The notes under the pieces were generated by a model. That model was given only the letters and a program-made list of their open reading frames with translations, made no database searches and was not told where the DNA came from. Made by a program: the position numbers and the translations under genes. From the human T2T-CHM13v2.0 reference genome, Homo sapiens, in NCBI RefSeq assembly GCF_009914755.1, contig NC_060930.1: a stretch of 64,000 bases of DNA; one strand, written 5' to 3'. Shown here in pieces: positions 61,891 through 64,000 of the stretch. How positions within the stretch are numbered: the first letter of the stretch is position 1; each line of letters begins with the position of its first letter.

Positions 61891-63559
61891 TGATTTAATG
61901 GAGGAGGAATAAAAGGGCAATGTACAACACAGAGCCTTTATGTGGATAATTGAGGCCCGACCAAACTTTATATTTCCCCCAGAGCACCAACAAATGTTTT
62001 GATGAGAGATTTAATGAGAAAGGACATGTAGCTAGGTTAATGGCTAAGGAAATGAACAGAGGGACTGGGCCAATAATGAGCACAGATGCTCTTAAATAGA
62101 CCGAACTGGAGACACAGGCTGTCTTCACCAGTGGAACGTGTGTAAAGCCTGTGGAAAAAGCAACTCTTCAGCTAGTGAAGGCAGAATTTGCAAATGTCCC
62201 TCAGCACCATTCCTGGAACACTGAAATCTTCTAAAAACCATTATTAGTGGACTGACAGTTTCTGCCTTTCTTTATGAAAAAGGCAGAGAAATGCTCCAGA
62301 ACACCGACCCTGACATGCTTCCCCTTGGTCTCCTATTATTTCTTTCTTTGCGCTGATATTTTATGTCATCTCTTGTATATAGCTAATTTTAGGGCAGTTT
62401 TCTCCACATTACCTTTTCTCAGAAGAAGCTCCTATCATTTGGGGACAGAAAGGAAGTGAAGAAAATGCATTAGGCAAAATGAAGGCTAGAATATTAAGAA
62501 AGAGTGGCATTATGATAAAACTCAGAAAAATTATTTTTCTGTTAAATCTTTAGAAGAAGAGGTATGATAAGGAAATATATATTTTGATTCTTAAACATCC
62601 AAGTCCTATTTTGGTTCACCTTGATCTACTTATGTCAATTACACATTTGTAATGAGGTTTACTTCTAACACACATATACGTTGAGCTCATACCTAATTTT
62701 CCTATCCCACTACACGCACACACACACACACGTACAATCACACCATGTTTGAAGAAATAAGATAAATGAGACCAGCATTTAAAGCTCGTTCAAAATCTAT
62801 TTATACATATTTTTAACTGAAAATAAACACTCGTAGTTTAGATATACTTGCTTTGAGTACAATTAAAAGCAAAAGCAATGTAAGAAATGAGACACAGAGT
62901 TTTAAAGTAAGGAGACAATGTTTTGGTGTAGTTTTGCTTTATTGAATGGTAAAGGTTTTATCACTTTGAAAAACCATATATATGCTTTAAAAATTAAAAC
63001 ATATTGTGATTAATCAAATTCAAATAAAAGTCAATGAAAAATTTGCAGACTTAATCACTTAAACATCTTACAATACTTTCAAAATTAAGAACATTAAAGT
63101 AATGCATAATTATCTAGTCTTTTAACCAAAGAAAATTAGTTTATTAACATTAATTAAGTCTCCAACTGACACTAAAAGTAAATTAAGAATATTATTAAAT
63201 TGATTTTGCAAGTGGATAAACTGAGACAGAGAAATATCAACTGAATTTCCCAGGGTTATATTCAAGTCAGTAGAAATTGGAACCTGTGGATTTTAATTGA
63301 TTTTTGTATGGTTCTAATGATTATTAAAGTATGTCTTCTTCTAAGTATAACAGTTAATGACATTAGTTACATAAAAAATCTTTACAAGATCTCTCTTTTG
63401 AAAAATTATGTTTCTTCTGATTAACTCTTACAAAAGATTTAAGAAGAGCAAAAATTAATACATTTCTCATGCAAAGTAACAAAAATAGATATTTTAAAAA
63501 TTATTTGCATACATAAAATAAAAATAGTTTGTGCTGCAAGAATAGAAAATACTGATTGG

Positions 63560-63945
<386 letters not shown>

Positions 63946-64000
63946 TCATCTGTTCATGTTTTTCATCCTGGTTTTGAAAAGTTCACGTATGTTTTCTGGC

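Overview
Primate (human-like) genomic DNA, AT-rich and repeat-rich (Alu, L1MA/L1PB, L2, MIR, MaLR/ERV LTRs, MER44). I found no intact protein-coding gene; most ORF-track entries lie in repeats. Three non-repeat items stand out. (1) A heavily decayed, multi-exon Sec6/EXOC3-family (exocyst subunit) gene on the minus strand, ~33.4 kb down to ~20.2 kb and possibly 33.9-17.2 kb. Manual translation of AG/GT-bounded segments reproduces EXOC3 motifs in colinear order from N- to C-terminus, so it is a candidate ancient lost paralogue (unitary pseudogene). (2) An intronless Beclin retrocopy (25646-26825, +) nested antisense in one of its introns. It mixes BECN1- and BECN2-type residues, and an L1MA has inserted exactly at its start codon. 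From memory this is probably BECN1P2 (6q13), which I cannot verify here. (3) A 1.7-kb TSD-flanked, poly(A)-tailed retrocopy of an apparently non-coding GC-rich transcript that ended in an LTR (1439-3132). A weaker second coding relic may lie at 42.6-43.9 kb. All protein comparisons are by eye against remembered sequences; repeat subfamily names and fragment boundaries are approximate.
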